Source of the DNA: Bordetella parapertussis
Lineage (GTDB): Bacteria > Pseudomonadota > Gammaproteobacteria > Burkholderiales > SG8-39
Direction of reading: 5' to 3'
NCBI GenBank assembly: GCA_945861875.1
Contig: CAMAWC010000004.1
Location: forward strand, 4,597 to 68,596
Length of the DNA: 64,000 bases
The notes beneath the pieces were generated by a model, which was not told the origin of the DNA, did no database searches, and saw only the letters and a program-made list of their open reading frames with translations. Position numbers and translations under genes: made by a program. This document shows, piece after piece, positions 7,667 to 17,051 of this stretch (positions within the stretch are counted from its first letter, which is position 1; every line of letters begins with the position of its first letter).

Positions 7667-8912
7667 GCAAACCGAAGGCTCACACGCCATCGCCGAAGCG
7701 GTGGCCTTATGCCGCCCGGAGGTGATTTGCGCGTACCCGATCACACCCCAGACGCACATCGTCGAGGGCCTGGGCGAGATGGTCAAGGACGGTTCCCTCA
7801 CCGGCTGCGAGTTCATCAACGTCGAGTCCGAATTCGCCGCCTTGTCGGTGGCCATAGGCTCGTCGGCCGCCGGGGCGCGCAGCTACACCGCCACGGCCAG
7901 CCAGGGCATCCTGTTCATGGCCGAGGCGGTATATAACGCCGCCGGCCTCGGCCTGCCCATCGTCATGACCATAGGCAATCGCGCCATTGGCGCACCCATC
8001 AACATCTGGAACGACCACTCGGACAGCATGTCGATGCGCGACGCCGGTTGGATACAGCTTTATGCCGAGAACAACCAGGAGGCGGCCGACCTGCACATCC
8101 AGGCGTTTCGCCTCGCTGAGGAATTGTCCTGCCCGGTGATGGTCTGCGTCGACGGTTTCATTCTGACCCACGCCTATGAGCGCGTGGACATTCCGACGCA
8201 GGCCCAGGTGGACGAATACCTGCCGCCGTTCGAACCGGTGCAGCAGCTTGACTGCGACGATCCGGTGTCCATCGGCGCCATGGTCGGGCCGGAGGCGTTT
8301 TTTGAGGTGCGTTACCTGCAGCACTACAAGCAGCAGCGCGCCCTTGAGCTCATTCCGCACTTTGCCGAGGAATTCAAGAACCTGTTCGGGCGCGAGGCCG
8401 GCGGCCTGGTGCGCGCCTACCAGTGCGACGACGCTGAAACCATCGTCGTGGCACTGGGTTCGGTCAACGGCACCATCAAGGATGTGGTCGATGAGATGCG
8501 CGCAGCGGGGCACCGCATCGGCGTGCTGACGCTGTGCTCCTTCCGGCCGTTTCCTCTGACTGCTGTGCGCACGGCGCTGATCAAGGCAAAGCGCGTGGTC
8601 GTACTGGAGAAGTCCCTCGCCGTCGGCATCGGCGGCGTGGTCTCCGATGGCGTGCGCAAGGCCTTGTCCGGCGTGGTATTGCGCGGCTACACGGTGATTG
8701 CCGGACTGGGCGGTCGCGCCATTACCGGTAAATCGCTGCGCGCCTTGTTTGAGAAGGCCGAGCGCGACGAACTCGAGATGCTCAGTTTCCTTGATCTGAA
8801 TTGGGACGTGGTCGAGCGCGAGCTCGAGCGCGGGCGGCAACAACGGCGCTCCGGACCGACCGCCGAGAACATCCTGCGCGACCTCGGTCCGGCCGGCGCG
8901 CGCATAGGCTAG
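7659..8912 (+). CDS. 2-oxoacid:ferredoxin oxidoreductase, alpha subunit
   Basis: 417 aa. EGSHAIAEAVALCRPEVICAYPITPQT is the alpha-subunit signature. The start overlaps the gamma stop codon. Confidence 0.9.
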   Translation: MLKQTEGSHAIAEAVALCRPEVICAYPITPQTHIVEGLGEMVKDGSLTGCEFINVESEFAALSVAIGSSAAGARSYTATASQGILFMAEAVYNAAGLGLPIVMTIGNRAIGAPINIWNDHSDSMSMRDAGWIQLYAENNQEAADLHIQAFRLAEELSCPVMVCVDGFILTHAYERVDIPTQAQVDEYLPPFEPVQQLDCDDPVSIGAMVGPEAFFEVRYLQHYKQQRALELIPHFAEEFKNLFGREAGGLVRAYQCDDAETIVVALGSVNGTIKDVVDEMRAAGHRIGVLTLCSFRPFPLTAVRTALIKAKRVVVLEKSLAVGIGGVVSDGVRKALSGVVLRGYTVIAGLGGRAITGKSLRALFEKAERDELEMLSFLDLNWDVVERELERGRQQRRSGPTAENILRDLGPAGARIG

Positions 8913-8923
8913 CGGGGGACATC

Positions 8924-9925
8924 ATGACGCTGCAATCGGTGAAGTTCTACCAGACCGGCACCTTTACCGTGGGCAACCGCCTGCTCGAAGCGGCCGATCG
9001 CACGGTGCAGGCGAACATGCGCCGCACCAATTCGCTCAACTCCGGCCACCGCGCCTGCCAGGGTTGCGGCGAGGCGCTCGGTGCGCGCTACGCCATCGAC
9101 GCGGCGATGCAGGCGACCAACAACCGCATCATGGCGGTCAATGCCACCGGCTGCCTGGAAGTGTTCTCCACGCCTTACCCGGAGACTTCCTGGCAGATTC
9201 CGTGGATACATTCGCTGTTCGGCAATGCCGCGGCGGTGGCATCGGGCGTGGCGGCGGGGCTGCGGGTAAAGGGGCGCAAGGATGTGCGCGTGGTGGCGCA
9301 GGGCGGCGATGGCGGCACCACCGACATCGGTTTTGGCTGCCTGTCGGGCATGTTCGAGCGCAACGACGACGTGCTCTACATCTGCTATGACAACGAGGCC
9401 TACATGAACACCGGCGTGCAGCGCTCCAGCGCCACGCCGCCGGCGGCGCGCACCGCCACCACCATGGCGGTGGGCGCGCATCCGGGCAATGTCTTTGGCA
9501 CCGGCAAGAACCTGCCGCTGATCGCCATGGCGCACAACATCCCCTACGTCGCGACGGCCTCGGTGGCCAACCTGCACGACCTGGAGGCCAAGGTGACGCG
9601 CGCCATGGGCATGCACGGTGCGCGCTACGTCCATATCCATGTGCCATGCCCGCTGGGCTGGGGATCGCAACCCGCCGACACCATGCTGGTCGCACGTATG
9701 GCGGTTGAGTCGGGACTGTTTCCACTGATCGAGGCCGAGCACGGCGAAGTGACCGGGCGTTACCGGTTGCGCAAGCAGGTTCCGGTCGAGGACTACCTCA
9801 AGTTGCAAAAGCGTTTTTCCCACTTGTTCGGCACCAAAGGCGAACCGGCCACCGTGGCCGCCATCCAGGCCATGGCTGATGCCAATATCCGCAGGTTTGG
9901 TCTTGCCCAGCCGGTTAGCGCATGA
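8924..9925 (+). CDS. 2-oxoacid:ferredoxin oxidoreductase, beta (TPP-binding) subunit
   Basis: ATG 8924. CQGCG cluster ligands. TPP motif GGDGGTTDIGFGCLSGMFERNDDVLYICYDNEAYMNTG. Confidence 0.9.
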   Translation: MTLQSVKFYQTGTFTVGNRLLEAADRTVQANMRRTNSLNSGHRACQGCGEALGARYAIDAAMQATNNRIMAVNATGCLEVFSTPYPETSWQIPWIHSLFGNAAAVASGVAAGLRVKGRKDVRVVAQGGDGGTTDIGFGCLSGMFERNDDVLYICYDNEAYMNTGVQRSSATPPAARTATTMAVGAHPGNVFGTGKNLPLIAMAHNIPYVATASVANLHDLEAKVTRAMGMHGARYVHIHVPCPLGWGSQPADTMLVARMAVESGLFPLIEAEHGEVTGRYRLRKQVPVEDYLKLQKRFSHLFGTKGEPATVAAIQAMADANIRRFGLAQPVSA

Positions 9926-11559
9926 ACAAGCCGCTGAACAAACCTTTTGCCATCACGCTGGACCCGGGCTCCAGCCTTGCCAATCACACCGGTACCTGGC
10001 GCACCGAGCGCCCGGTGTATCTTGACCGCCTGCCGCCGTGCAATCACGCCTGCCCGGCCGGGGAAGACATCCAGGGCTGGCTCTACCACGCCGAAAGCGG
10101 CGACTACGAACGCGCCTGGCGCGAGCTGGTGAAGAACAATCCGATGCCGGCGTTGATGGGACGGGTGTGCTACCACCCCTGCGAAGACAGCTGCAACCGC
10201 GGCAAGCTCGACAGCGCGGTAAGCATCCATGCCGTGGAGAGGTTCCTTGGCGATCAGGCGTTAAAGCAAAAATGGCAATTTGCGCCTGAGGCAGCCGCGA
10301 GCGGCAAGCGCGTGCTGGTGGTGGGGGCGGGGCCCTCCGGCCTCTCGGCGGCCTACCACCTGACCCGGCTTGGCCATAGCGTGACCATTTACGAAGCGGG
10401 CCCGATGGCGGGTGGCATGATGCGTTTCGGCATTCCGAAATACCGTCTGCCGCGTGACGTGCTGGACGGCGAGATTGCGCGCATCCTCGACATGGGCATT
10501 GAGCTGAAGCTCAACACCCGCGTCGACGACATCCTCGAATCCATGGCCAAGGGCGGTTTTGATGCGGCCTTTCTGGCGGTGGGTGCGCATATCGGGCGCA
10601 GGACCGACATTCCGGCGCGCGACGCGGGCAAGATCCTCGATGCGGTGATGGTGTTGCGCGGCATGGAAACAGGCGAGATGCCGCAACTGGGCCGGCGTGT
10701 CGTGGTCTACGGCGGCGGCAACACGGCGCTGGATGTGGCGCGCACCGCCAAGCGCCTTGGCGCAGCCGAGGCGATGATCGTCTACCGGCGCACGCAGGCG
10801 CAGATGCCGGCGCACGAGGCCGAGTTGCAGGAGGCCCTCGACGAAGGTGTGATGGTGAAATGGCTCAACACCATCAAGAGCATCGACCAGACGCACTTTA
10901 CCGTGGAAAAAATGGCCCTCGACGACAAGGGCTTTCCGCAACCGACCGGCGAAATGGAAACCATAGAGGCCGACACCCTGGTGCTGGCGCTGGGCCAGGA
11001 CGTCGATTTGTCGCTGCTCGACAAGGTGCCGGGCCTGGCCATCGAAAAAGGCGTGGTGCGGGTGGACAAGAACATGATGAGCGGCTACCCCGGCATTTTC
11101 GCCGGCGGCGATATGGTGCCCTCGGATCGCACCGTCACGGTGGCCATAGGTCATGGCAAAAAGGCCGCGCGCAATATCGACGCCTGGCTGCACGGCAAGA
11201 CCGCGGCAGCCGTTGAAAAGCACGAGCTGGCGCGCTTTGACCTGCTCAACACCTGGTATTACGCCGATGCGCCCAAGACGGTGCAGCCGGTGCTTGACAT
11301 GCTGCGCCGCCAATCGAGTTTTGACGAGGTGCTGGGCGGCCTCGATGAGGGCAACGCCTTGTTCGAGGCGCGGCGTTGCCTGTCCTGCGGCAACTGTTTC
11401 GAGTGCGACAACTGCTACGGCGTGTGCCCGGACAATGCGGTGACCAAGCTGGGCCCGGGCAAGCGCTTCGAGTTCAATTACGACTACTGCAAGGGCTGCG
11501 GGCTTTGCGTGTCGGAATGCCCCTGCGGCGCGATAAAGATGACCCCCGAAACGATGTGA
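9922..11559 (+). CDS. GltD-like NAD(P)H flavoprotein fused to a 2x[4Fe-4S] ferredoxin (OFOR delta-like) module
   Basis: N-terminal Fe-S region (CPAGEDIQGW...CYHPCEDSCNR). Two Rossmann motifs (VVGAGPSGLSAAY; VYGGGNTALDVART). C-terminal CLSCGNCFECDNCYGVCP...CKGCGLCVSECPCG. The start overlaps the beta-subunit stop. Confidence 0.85.
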   Translation: MNKPLNKPFAITLDPGSSLANHTGTWRTERPVYLDRLPPCNHACPAGEDIQGWLYHAESGDYERAWRELVKNNPMPALMGRVCYHPCEDSCNRGKLDSAVSIHAVERFLGDQALKQKWQFAPEAAASGKRVLVVGAGPSGLSAAYHLTRLGHSVTIYEAGPMAGGMMRFGIPKYRLPRDVLDGEIARILDMGIELKLNTRVDDILESMAKGGFDAAFLAVGAHIGRRTDIPARDAGKILDAVMVLRGMETGEMPQLGRRVVVYGGGNTALDVARTAKRLGAAEAMIVYRRTQAQMPAHEAELQEALDEGVMVKWLNTIKSIDQTHFTVEKMALDDKGFPQPTGEMETIEADTLVLALGQDVDLSLLDKVPGLAIEKGVVRVDKNMMSGYPGIFAGGDMVPSDRTVTVAIGHGKKAARNIDAWLHGKTAAAVEKHELARFDLLNTWYYADAPKTVQPVLDMLRRQSSFDEVLGGLDEGNALFEARRCLSCGNCFECDNCYGVCPDNAVTKLGPGKRFEFNYDYCKGCGLCVSECPCGAIKMTPETM

Positions 11560-11612
11560 CAAACGGCACCGCCGTATCGTGAGAACGGCGCCTGGCGGCA
11601 AGGAGAGCAGCA

Positions 11613-13403
11613 GTGGATGTGTTTAAAGCGGATGTGGCGATTGTGGGCGCGGGCGGCGCCGGCTTGCGCGCGGCCATAGCCGTGGCCGAGGCCGACCCGA
11701 AACTGGTCGTTGCGCTCATTTCCAAGGTCTACCCGATGCGCAGCCACACCGTGGCGGCCGAGGGCGGCGCGGCGGCGGTGACGCGGCCCGACGACAGCCT
11801 GGAACACCACTTCAACGACACCGTCGGTGGCGGCGACTGGTTGTGCGAGCAGGACGTGGTCGAGTACTTTGTCGCCCACGCCCACGAGGAAATGGTGCAG
11901 ATGGAACACTGGGGTTGCCCGTGGAGCCGCAAGGAGGACGGCCACGCCAACGTGCGCGCCTTTGGCGGCATGAAAATCGAGCGCACCTGGTTTGCCGCCG
12001 ACAAGACCGGCTTTCACATGTTGCACACCTTGTTTCAGACCTCGATCAAGTATCCGTCGATCAAGCGCTTTGACGAGCATTTTTGTGTCGACCTGCTGGT
12101 CGAGGACGATCGCGTCCAGGGTGTGGTGACCATCGAAAACGCCAGCGGCGAGTTCACGTTGATCCAGGCGAAATCAGTGATTATCGCGACCGGCGGCGCC
12201 GGCCGCGTGTTTCGCGAGAACACTAACGGCGGCATTGTCACCGGTGATGGCATGGCGCTCGCCTACCGCCACGGCGTGCCGCTGCGTGACATGGAATTCG
12301 TGCAATACCACCCGACCTGCATGCCCGGCACCGGGTTGCTGTTTACCGAGGCTTGCCGTGGCGAAGGCGGGTTTTTGCTCAACAAGGATGGCTATCGCTA
12401 CCTGCAGGACTACGGCCTCGGACCGGCGACGCCGGAGCCGCGCAACAAGGCGATGGAACTGGGGCCACGCGACCGCTTGAGCCAGGCCTTCTGGCACGAA
12501 AAACAAAAGGGCAGGACAGTCGACGGCCGTCACGGCGCGGTGGTGCACCTTGATTTGCGTCATATCGGCGAACAAAAGCTGCGCGAGCGCCTGCCGCAGA
12601 TTTACGAACTGGCCGAGCAATTTCTTGGCGTCGATCCGGCGCACGAACCGATTCCGGTGTTGCCGGCGGTGCACTACACCATGGGCGGCATTATCGCCGA
12701 CGGCAAGTGCGCCTCAACGCTGCCGGGGCTGTACTCGGTCGGCGAATGTTCCAGCGTCGGCATACACGGCGCCAATCGCCTCGGCTCGAACTCACTCACC
12801 GAGCTGATCGTTTTTGGCAAGGTCGCCGGTATCGAGGCGGCGCAGTACGCGCGCTCGGTCAATCACGGCGATGCTGCGACACTGGGAAAACAAGCCGATG
12901 CGGTGGCCGCAAAGGCCCTTGGGATAGCCACCGGCAATGGTGGCACGGAACGCATGGCGGTGTTGCGCACCGAAATGGCCAAAACCATGGAGGAGGGCTG
13001 CGGTATCTATCGCCTTGGCACCGAGATGCAAGCCACCTGCGACAAGATCGACGAATTGAAGCAGCGCTACCGCAACCTCAAATTGGACGATAAGTCGCGG
13101 GTCTGGAATACCGAGTGGCTGCTGGCCATTGAGCTTGGGTACCTGCTCGATGTGGCGCAGGCGATGGCTTACTCGGCCTTCAACCGCAAGGAATCGCGCG
13201 GCTCGCACCAGCGCCTGGACGGCTATGAGCAGCGCGACGATGCGAACTACCTCAAACACACGTTGGCCTATTTCAGCGGCGACGGCGCACCGCGAATCGC
13301 CTACGGTGATGTAAAAATAACCAAATCCAAACCGGGAACCCGCGCCTATGGCGCCGCCGGCGAGAAGGCCGATGCAGACCGAAAGGCAGCCGCCCATGAC
13401 TGA
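11613..13403 (+). CDS. frdA: fumarate reductase flavoprotein subunit
   Basis: GTG start. Near-colinear with E. coli FrdA as recalled (ADVAIVGAGGAGLRAAIA, SKVYPMRSHTVAAEGG, GDWLCEQDVV, HYTMGGI, GANRLGSNSL). Confidence 0.95.
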   Translation: MDVFKADVAIVGAGGAGLRAAIAVAEADPKLVVALISKVYPMRSHTVAAEGGAAAVTRPDDSLEHHFNDTVGGGDWLCEQDVVEYFVAHAHEEMVQMEHWGCPWSRKEDGHANVRAFGGMKIERTWFAADKTGFHMLHTLFQTSIKYPSIKRFDEHFCVDLLVEDDRVQGVVTIENASGEFTLIQAKSVIIATGGAGRVFRENTNGGIVTGDGMALAYRHGVPLRDMEFVQYHPTCMPGTGLLFTEACRGEGGFLLNKDGYRYLQDYGLGPATPEPRNKAMELGPRDRLSQAFWHEKQKGRTVDGRHGAVVHLDLRHIGEQKLRERLPQIYELAEQFLGVDPAHEPIPVLPAVHYTMGGIIADGKCASTLPGLYSVGECSSVGIHGANRLGSNSLTELIVFGKVAGIEAAQYARSVNHGDAATLGKQADAVAAKALGIATGNGGTERMAVLRTEMAKTMEEGCGIYRLGTEMQATCDKIDELKQRYRNLKLDDKSRVWNTEWLLAIELGYLLDVAQAMAYSAFNRKESRGSHQRLDGYEQRDDANYLKHTLAYFSGDGAPRIAYGDVKITKSKPGTRAYGAAGEKADADRKAAAHD

Positions 13404-14166
13404 GCCTGTCAAAACCATTCGCATCGAGGTGTTGCGCTACCGCCCGGAGCAGGACAGCGAGCCGGTGGTGCAGGCCTACGACGTGCCTTTTACCGACGAC
13501 ATGTCGGTGCTGCAGGGGGTGCAATACATCAAGGATTACCTTGACGGGACGCTGAGCTTTCGCTGGTCCTGCCGCATGGCGATCTGCGGCAGCTGCGGCA
13601 TGATGATTGGCGGCGTGCCCAAGCTCTCCTGCCAGACCTTTTTGCGCGACTACTACCCGGCGGGACTGCGCATTGATCCGCTGGCGCATTTTCCGATCGA
13701 GCGCGACCTGGTGGTCAACATCGAGGATTTCATCAGCAAGCTTGAAAGCATCAAGCCCTACATCGTGCCCAAGGAAGCGCGTACGCTGGAGCAGGGGGAA
13801 TACCTGCAAACGCCGGGGCAGCTGGAGCAGTTCCTGCAGTTCAGCGGCTGCATCAATTGCACGTTGTGCTACTCGGCCTGCCCGCAGTACGGGCTGGATT
13901 CAAAGTTTACCGGCCCGGGGGTGCTTGCCTTGCTGCACCGCTATAACGCCGATTCGCGCGACGGGGCGAGCGCAGAACGCATGCAGCTGGTTCACACGGA
14001 GGAAGGGGTGTGGGGCTGCACCGCGGTAGGCTATTGCTCGGAAGTCTGCCCCAAGGGTGTGGATCCCGCCAATGCGGTCAACCAGAACAAGACAGCGAGT
14101 GCGATGGACTATTTCCTCAGGTTCGTAAGGCCCCAAGGGGCTGAAAACAAGGGAGGTGCCAAATGA
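13396..14166 (+). CDS. frdB: fumarate reductase iron-sulfur subunit
   Basis: ATG 13396 overlaps the frdA stop. RWSCRMAICGSCGMM, FSGCINCTLCYSACP and GYCSEVCPKGVDP match E. coli FrdB. Confidence 0.95.
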   Translation: MTEPVKTIRIEVLRYRPEQDSEPVVQAYDVPFTDDMSVLQGVQYIKDYLDGTLSFRWSCRMAICGSCGMMIGGVPKLSCQTFLRDYYPAGLRIDPLAHFPIERDLVVNIEDFISKLESIKPYIVPKEARTLEQGEYLQTPGQLEQFLQFSGCINCTLCYSACPQYGLDSKFTGPGVLALLHRYNADSRDGASAERMQLVHTEEGVWGCTAVGYCSEVCPKGVDPANAVNQNKTASAMDYFLRFVRPQGAENKGGAK

Positions 14167-14561
14167 GTGCGCGCCGTCCGTATGTGCGCTCCATGGACGG
14201 GTGGTGGCGCCGCGACCCGTTCTTTGTCCGGTACATGGCGCGGGAAGCGACCGCGGTATTCGTCGTGGCCTATGCGGTGGTGCTGCTGGTCGGGGTTTTG
14301 CGCTTGTCGCAGGGTGAGGCCGCGTTCAACGGCTGGCTGGCGGCGCTGCGCAGTCCCGCTTCAGTGGCGTTCCACGTGTTCCTGCTGGCGATTTTTGTTT
14401 ATCACACCTGGAGCTGGTTTCGCATCATGCCCAAGACCATGCCGCTGATCCTGCCCGATGGCCGGCGCCTGCAGCCGGGGCTGATTACCGGCGCCGGGCT
14501 CGCGGTGGCCGCGGTGTTGTGCCTGGGTGGATTGCTCGTCCTGATGGGGGTGAAGCCATGA
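14163..14561 (+). CDS. frdC: fumarate reductase membrane anchor subunit C
   Basis: 132 aa with 3 TM helices. N-terminus RRPYVRSMDGWWRRDPFFVRYMAREATAV parallels E. coli FrdC ([31 protein letters not shown]). Confidence 0.9.
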   Translation: MSARRPYVRSMDGWWRRDPFFVRYMAREATAVFVVAYAVVLLVGVLRLSQGEAAFNGWLAALRSPASVAFHVFLLAIFVYHTWSWFRIMPKTMPLILPDGRRLQPGLITGAGLAVAAVLCLGGLLVLMGVKP

Positions 14562-14914
14562 AGCGCTCGAACGCGCCGATTTTCTGGTCGATGTTCGGCG
14601 CCGGCGGCATGATTTCGGCGCTGATCGGCCCGTTACTGGTGTTTGTCACCGGCATTGCCGTGCCGCTTGGCCTGCTGTTGCCGCCCGATACGATGAACTA
14701 CGCGCGCATGCTCGGTTTCGCGCAGAACTGGCTGGGCAAGGCATTCCTGTTTGCCGTCATTTCGCTGTTCATGTGGCATGGCGTGCACCGCATTTTCCAC
14801 AGCCTGCACGACATCGGCATACCTACGGGAACCCTGGCCAAACTCGCTTGTTACGGTTTTGCCCTGGCCGGTACGCTGGTAGCGGGGTATGTGCTGATAG
14901 CAATCGGATTCTAG
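14558..14914 (+). CDS. frdD: fumarate reductase membrane anchor subunit D
   Basis: ATG 14558 overlaps the frdC stop (ATGA). KRSNAPIFWSMFGAGGM parallels E. coli FrdD (KRSDEPVFWGLFGAGGM). 118 aa. Confidence 0.9.
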   Translation: MKRSNAPIFWSMFGAGGMISALIGPLLVFVTGIAVPLGLLLPPDTMNYARMLGFAQNWLGKAFLFAVISLFMWHGVHRIFHSLHDIGIPTGTLAKLACYGFALAGTLVAGYVLIAIGF

Positions 14915-14937
14915 GGGGGGCGCCACAGCGGGGAAGT

Positions 14938-14978
14938 TTGACGCAGATCAACAGGCGAGCCGGAACCTTCCCTATTCT
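14938..14978 (+). promoter_or_regulatory. candidate FNR/CRP-family class II promoter of tctBAC
   Basis: Box TTGACGCAGATCAA 14938-14951 (9/10). The -10-like TATTCT 14973-14978 starts 28.5 bp from the box centre. A short leader carrying GGAGGAGG precedes ATG 14997. Confidence 0.55.
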
Positions 14979-14996
14979 GTCCTTGGAGGAGGCTAA

Positions 14997-15488
14997 ATGG
15001 ACAATAAGGACATTCGCCCACGCCGGTCATTGGGCGCAGTATTCAGGCAGCAGGATGTCATAGGCGGTCTGGTGGTGTTTGCCGTGGGCGTGTTTGCCTT
15101 CTGGCAGTCGGCCAACCTGCCAATTGGCACACTCGGGGGCATGGGTGCCGGCATGTTGCCGCGATCTCTGGCCGTATTGCTAGGCCTTCTCGGATTGCTG
15201 CTGGCGTTGTCGGCGGCGCCCAAGGACGGGCCTGCGCTCGAAAAATTATCAATACGCGGGCCGGTATTAATCCTTGGCGCTGTCGTTGTATTCGGCTTGG
15301 CGGTACGACCCCTCGGACTTGCGGTTGCCGGACCCGTCGCCATAATGATTGGAGCCTTTGCCAGCGAAGACGTGCGCTGGCTTGAGGCGCTGGTGTTTGG
15401 CCTGCTGATCACAGCTTTTTGCACCGCCTTGTTCAAGTTCGCCCTCGGACTGCCAATTCCGCTGGCGCCGTGGCTTTTGGGTTATTGA
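14997..15488 (+). CDS. tctB: tripartite tricarboxylate transporter small membrane subunit TctB
   Basis: 163 aa with 4 hydrophobic helices, immediately upstream of tctA. Strong RBS. Confidence 0.8.
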   Translation: MDNKDIRPRRSLGAVFRQQDVIGGLVVFAVGVFAFWQSANLPIGTLGGMGAGMLPRSLAVLLGLLGLLLALSAAPKDGPALEKLSIRGPVLILGAVVVFGLAVRPLGLAVAGPVAIMIGAFASEDVRWLEALVFGLLITAFCTALFKFALGLPIPLAPWLLGY

Positions 15489-15498
15489 GGCCGGCGCC

Positions 15499-17001
15499 AT
15501 GTATGACTTGATCGCCAATCTTGGACTTGGCTTTGCCACCGCGCTGACACCGGTCAACCTGGCGCTGTGTTTTGTCGGTTGTCTGGTTGGCACCCTCGTT
15601 GGCGTTTTGCCGGGAGTGGGGCCGATCGCGACCATCGCCATGCTGATGCCGCTTACCCTCAAGGCCGAGCCGACCGGGGCGCTGATCATGCTCGCGGGCA
15701 TTTATTACGGCGCGCAATACGGTGGTTCGACCACGGCGATCCTCGTCAACATGCCCGGGGAAGTGACCTCGGTGGTGACCGCCCTCGATGGCCACATGAT
15801 GGCGAAAAACGGCCAGGCCGGCATTGCCCTCGGCACCGCCGCAATTGCTTCGTTTTTCGCCGGCACGGTTGCAACGCTGGTAATCGCCGCTATTGGCGCG
15901 CCATTGACCAAGCTGGCCCTGTTGTTCGGTCCGGCGGAGTACTTCGGGCTGATGGTGTTCGGTCTTGGTCTGGCGATCGTCCTGGCGCACGGCTCTGTGC
16001 TAAAGGCCATCATCATGGTGGTGTTCGGGCTGCTGCTTGCCACCGTCGGCACCGATCTTGAAACCGGCCAGGAGCGTCTTACGCTCGGCTTGTCCGACTT
16101 GTCTGACGGGGTTGATTTCGCCGTGCTTGCCATGGGCGTGTTCGGCATCGCCGAGATTTTGCGCAATCTGGAAAACCCGGAATCGCGCAATGTGGCGGTC
16201 GCCAAGATAGGCAAGTTGCTGCCATCCATCGACGACTTGCGCCGTTGTTTCGGTCCGATCGTACGTGCTACCGGCATTGGGTCGGTATTGGGAATCCTGC
16301 CGGGCAATGGCGCGGTGCTCGCACCCTTTGCGTCCTATACGCTGGAAAAAAAGCTGGCCAAGGATCCCTCGCGCTTCGGCAAGGGGGCGATTGAAGGCGT
16401 GGCGGGGCCGGAGGCGGCCAATAATGCCGGTGCGCAGACGGCGTTCATTCCGCTGTTGACCCTGGGCATCCCGCCCAATGCGGTGATGGCGCTGATGGTC
16501 GGGGCGATGACCATACACGGCATCATTCCCGGCCCGCAGGTGATGACCAAGGCGCCGACGCTGTTCTGGGGAATGATCGCCTCGATGTGGATAGGCAACC
16601 TGATGCTGCTCATCATCAACCTGCCGCTGGTCGGCCTTTGGGTGAGGCTGCTCAAGGTGCCCTACCGGCTCATGTCCATCACCATCCTGCTGTTTTGCAG
16701 CATCGGCATTTACTCCATCAACAACAGCCCGTCCGACGTCTACTTCACCGCATTTTTTGGTTTGGTTGGTTACGCGTTTATCAAGCTCGGCCTGGAACCT
16801 GCGCCGATGCTGCTCGGATTCGTGCTTGGCCGCCTGATGGAGGAAAAGCTCAGGCAGGCGCTGGCGCTCTCGGAGGGTAGTTTCATGACCTTTGTCGAGC
16901 GGCCGGTCGCGGCGGTGCTGCTGCTTCTAGCGCTTGTGGTGATGGTGATCGCGGTGTTGCCGGCGATGAGCAAGCGGCGTGATGAGGCGTTCCAGGAGTG
17001 A
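15499..17001 (+). CDS. tctA: tripartite tricarboxylate transporter large permease TctA
   Basis: 500-aa polytopic protein with typical TctA blocks (GVLPGVGP, YGGSTTAILVN(M)PGE, PGNGAVLA). Confidence 0.92.
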   Translation: MYDLIANLGLGFATALTPVNLALCFVGCLVGTLVGVLPGVGPIATIAMLMPLTLKAEPTGALIMLAGIYYGAQYGGSTTAILVNMPGEVTSVVTALDGHMMAKNGQAGIALGTAAIASFFAGTVATLVIAAIGAPLTKLALLFGPAEYFGLMVFGLGLAIVLAHGSVLKAIIMVVFGLLLATVGTDLETGQERLTLGLSDLSDGVDFAVLAMGVFGIAEILRNLENPESRNVAVAKIGKLLPSIDDLRRCFGPIVRATGIGSVLGILPGNGAVLAPFASYTLEKKLAKDPSRFGKGAIEGVAGPEAANNAGAQTAFIPLLTLGIPPNAVMALMVGAMTIHGIIPGPQVMTKAPTLFWGMIASMWIGNLMLLIINLPLVGLWVRLLKVPYRLMSITILLFCSIGIYSINNSPSDVYFTAFFGLVGYAFIKLGLEPAPMLLGFVLGRLMEEKLRQALALSEGSFMTFVERPVAAVLLLLALVVMVIAVLPAMSKRRDEAFQE

Positions 17002-17051
17002 AACACATAAAACGCGGTTCACAGTAGCCAGTTTTCCAAAAGGAGATAAGC

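Noticed and set aside
10261-11601. 446-aa minus-strand ORF opposite the GltD-like gene. Similar long antisense ORFs lie at 7707-8843, 8909-9823, 12792-13424 and 15433-15990.
   Set aside because: All lie opposite genes with strong family signatures (OFOR, frdA, tctA). Their composition is that of reverse-frame translation of GC3-rich genes.
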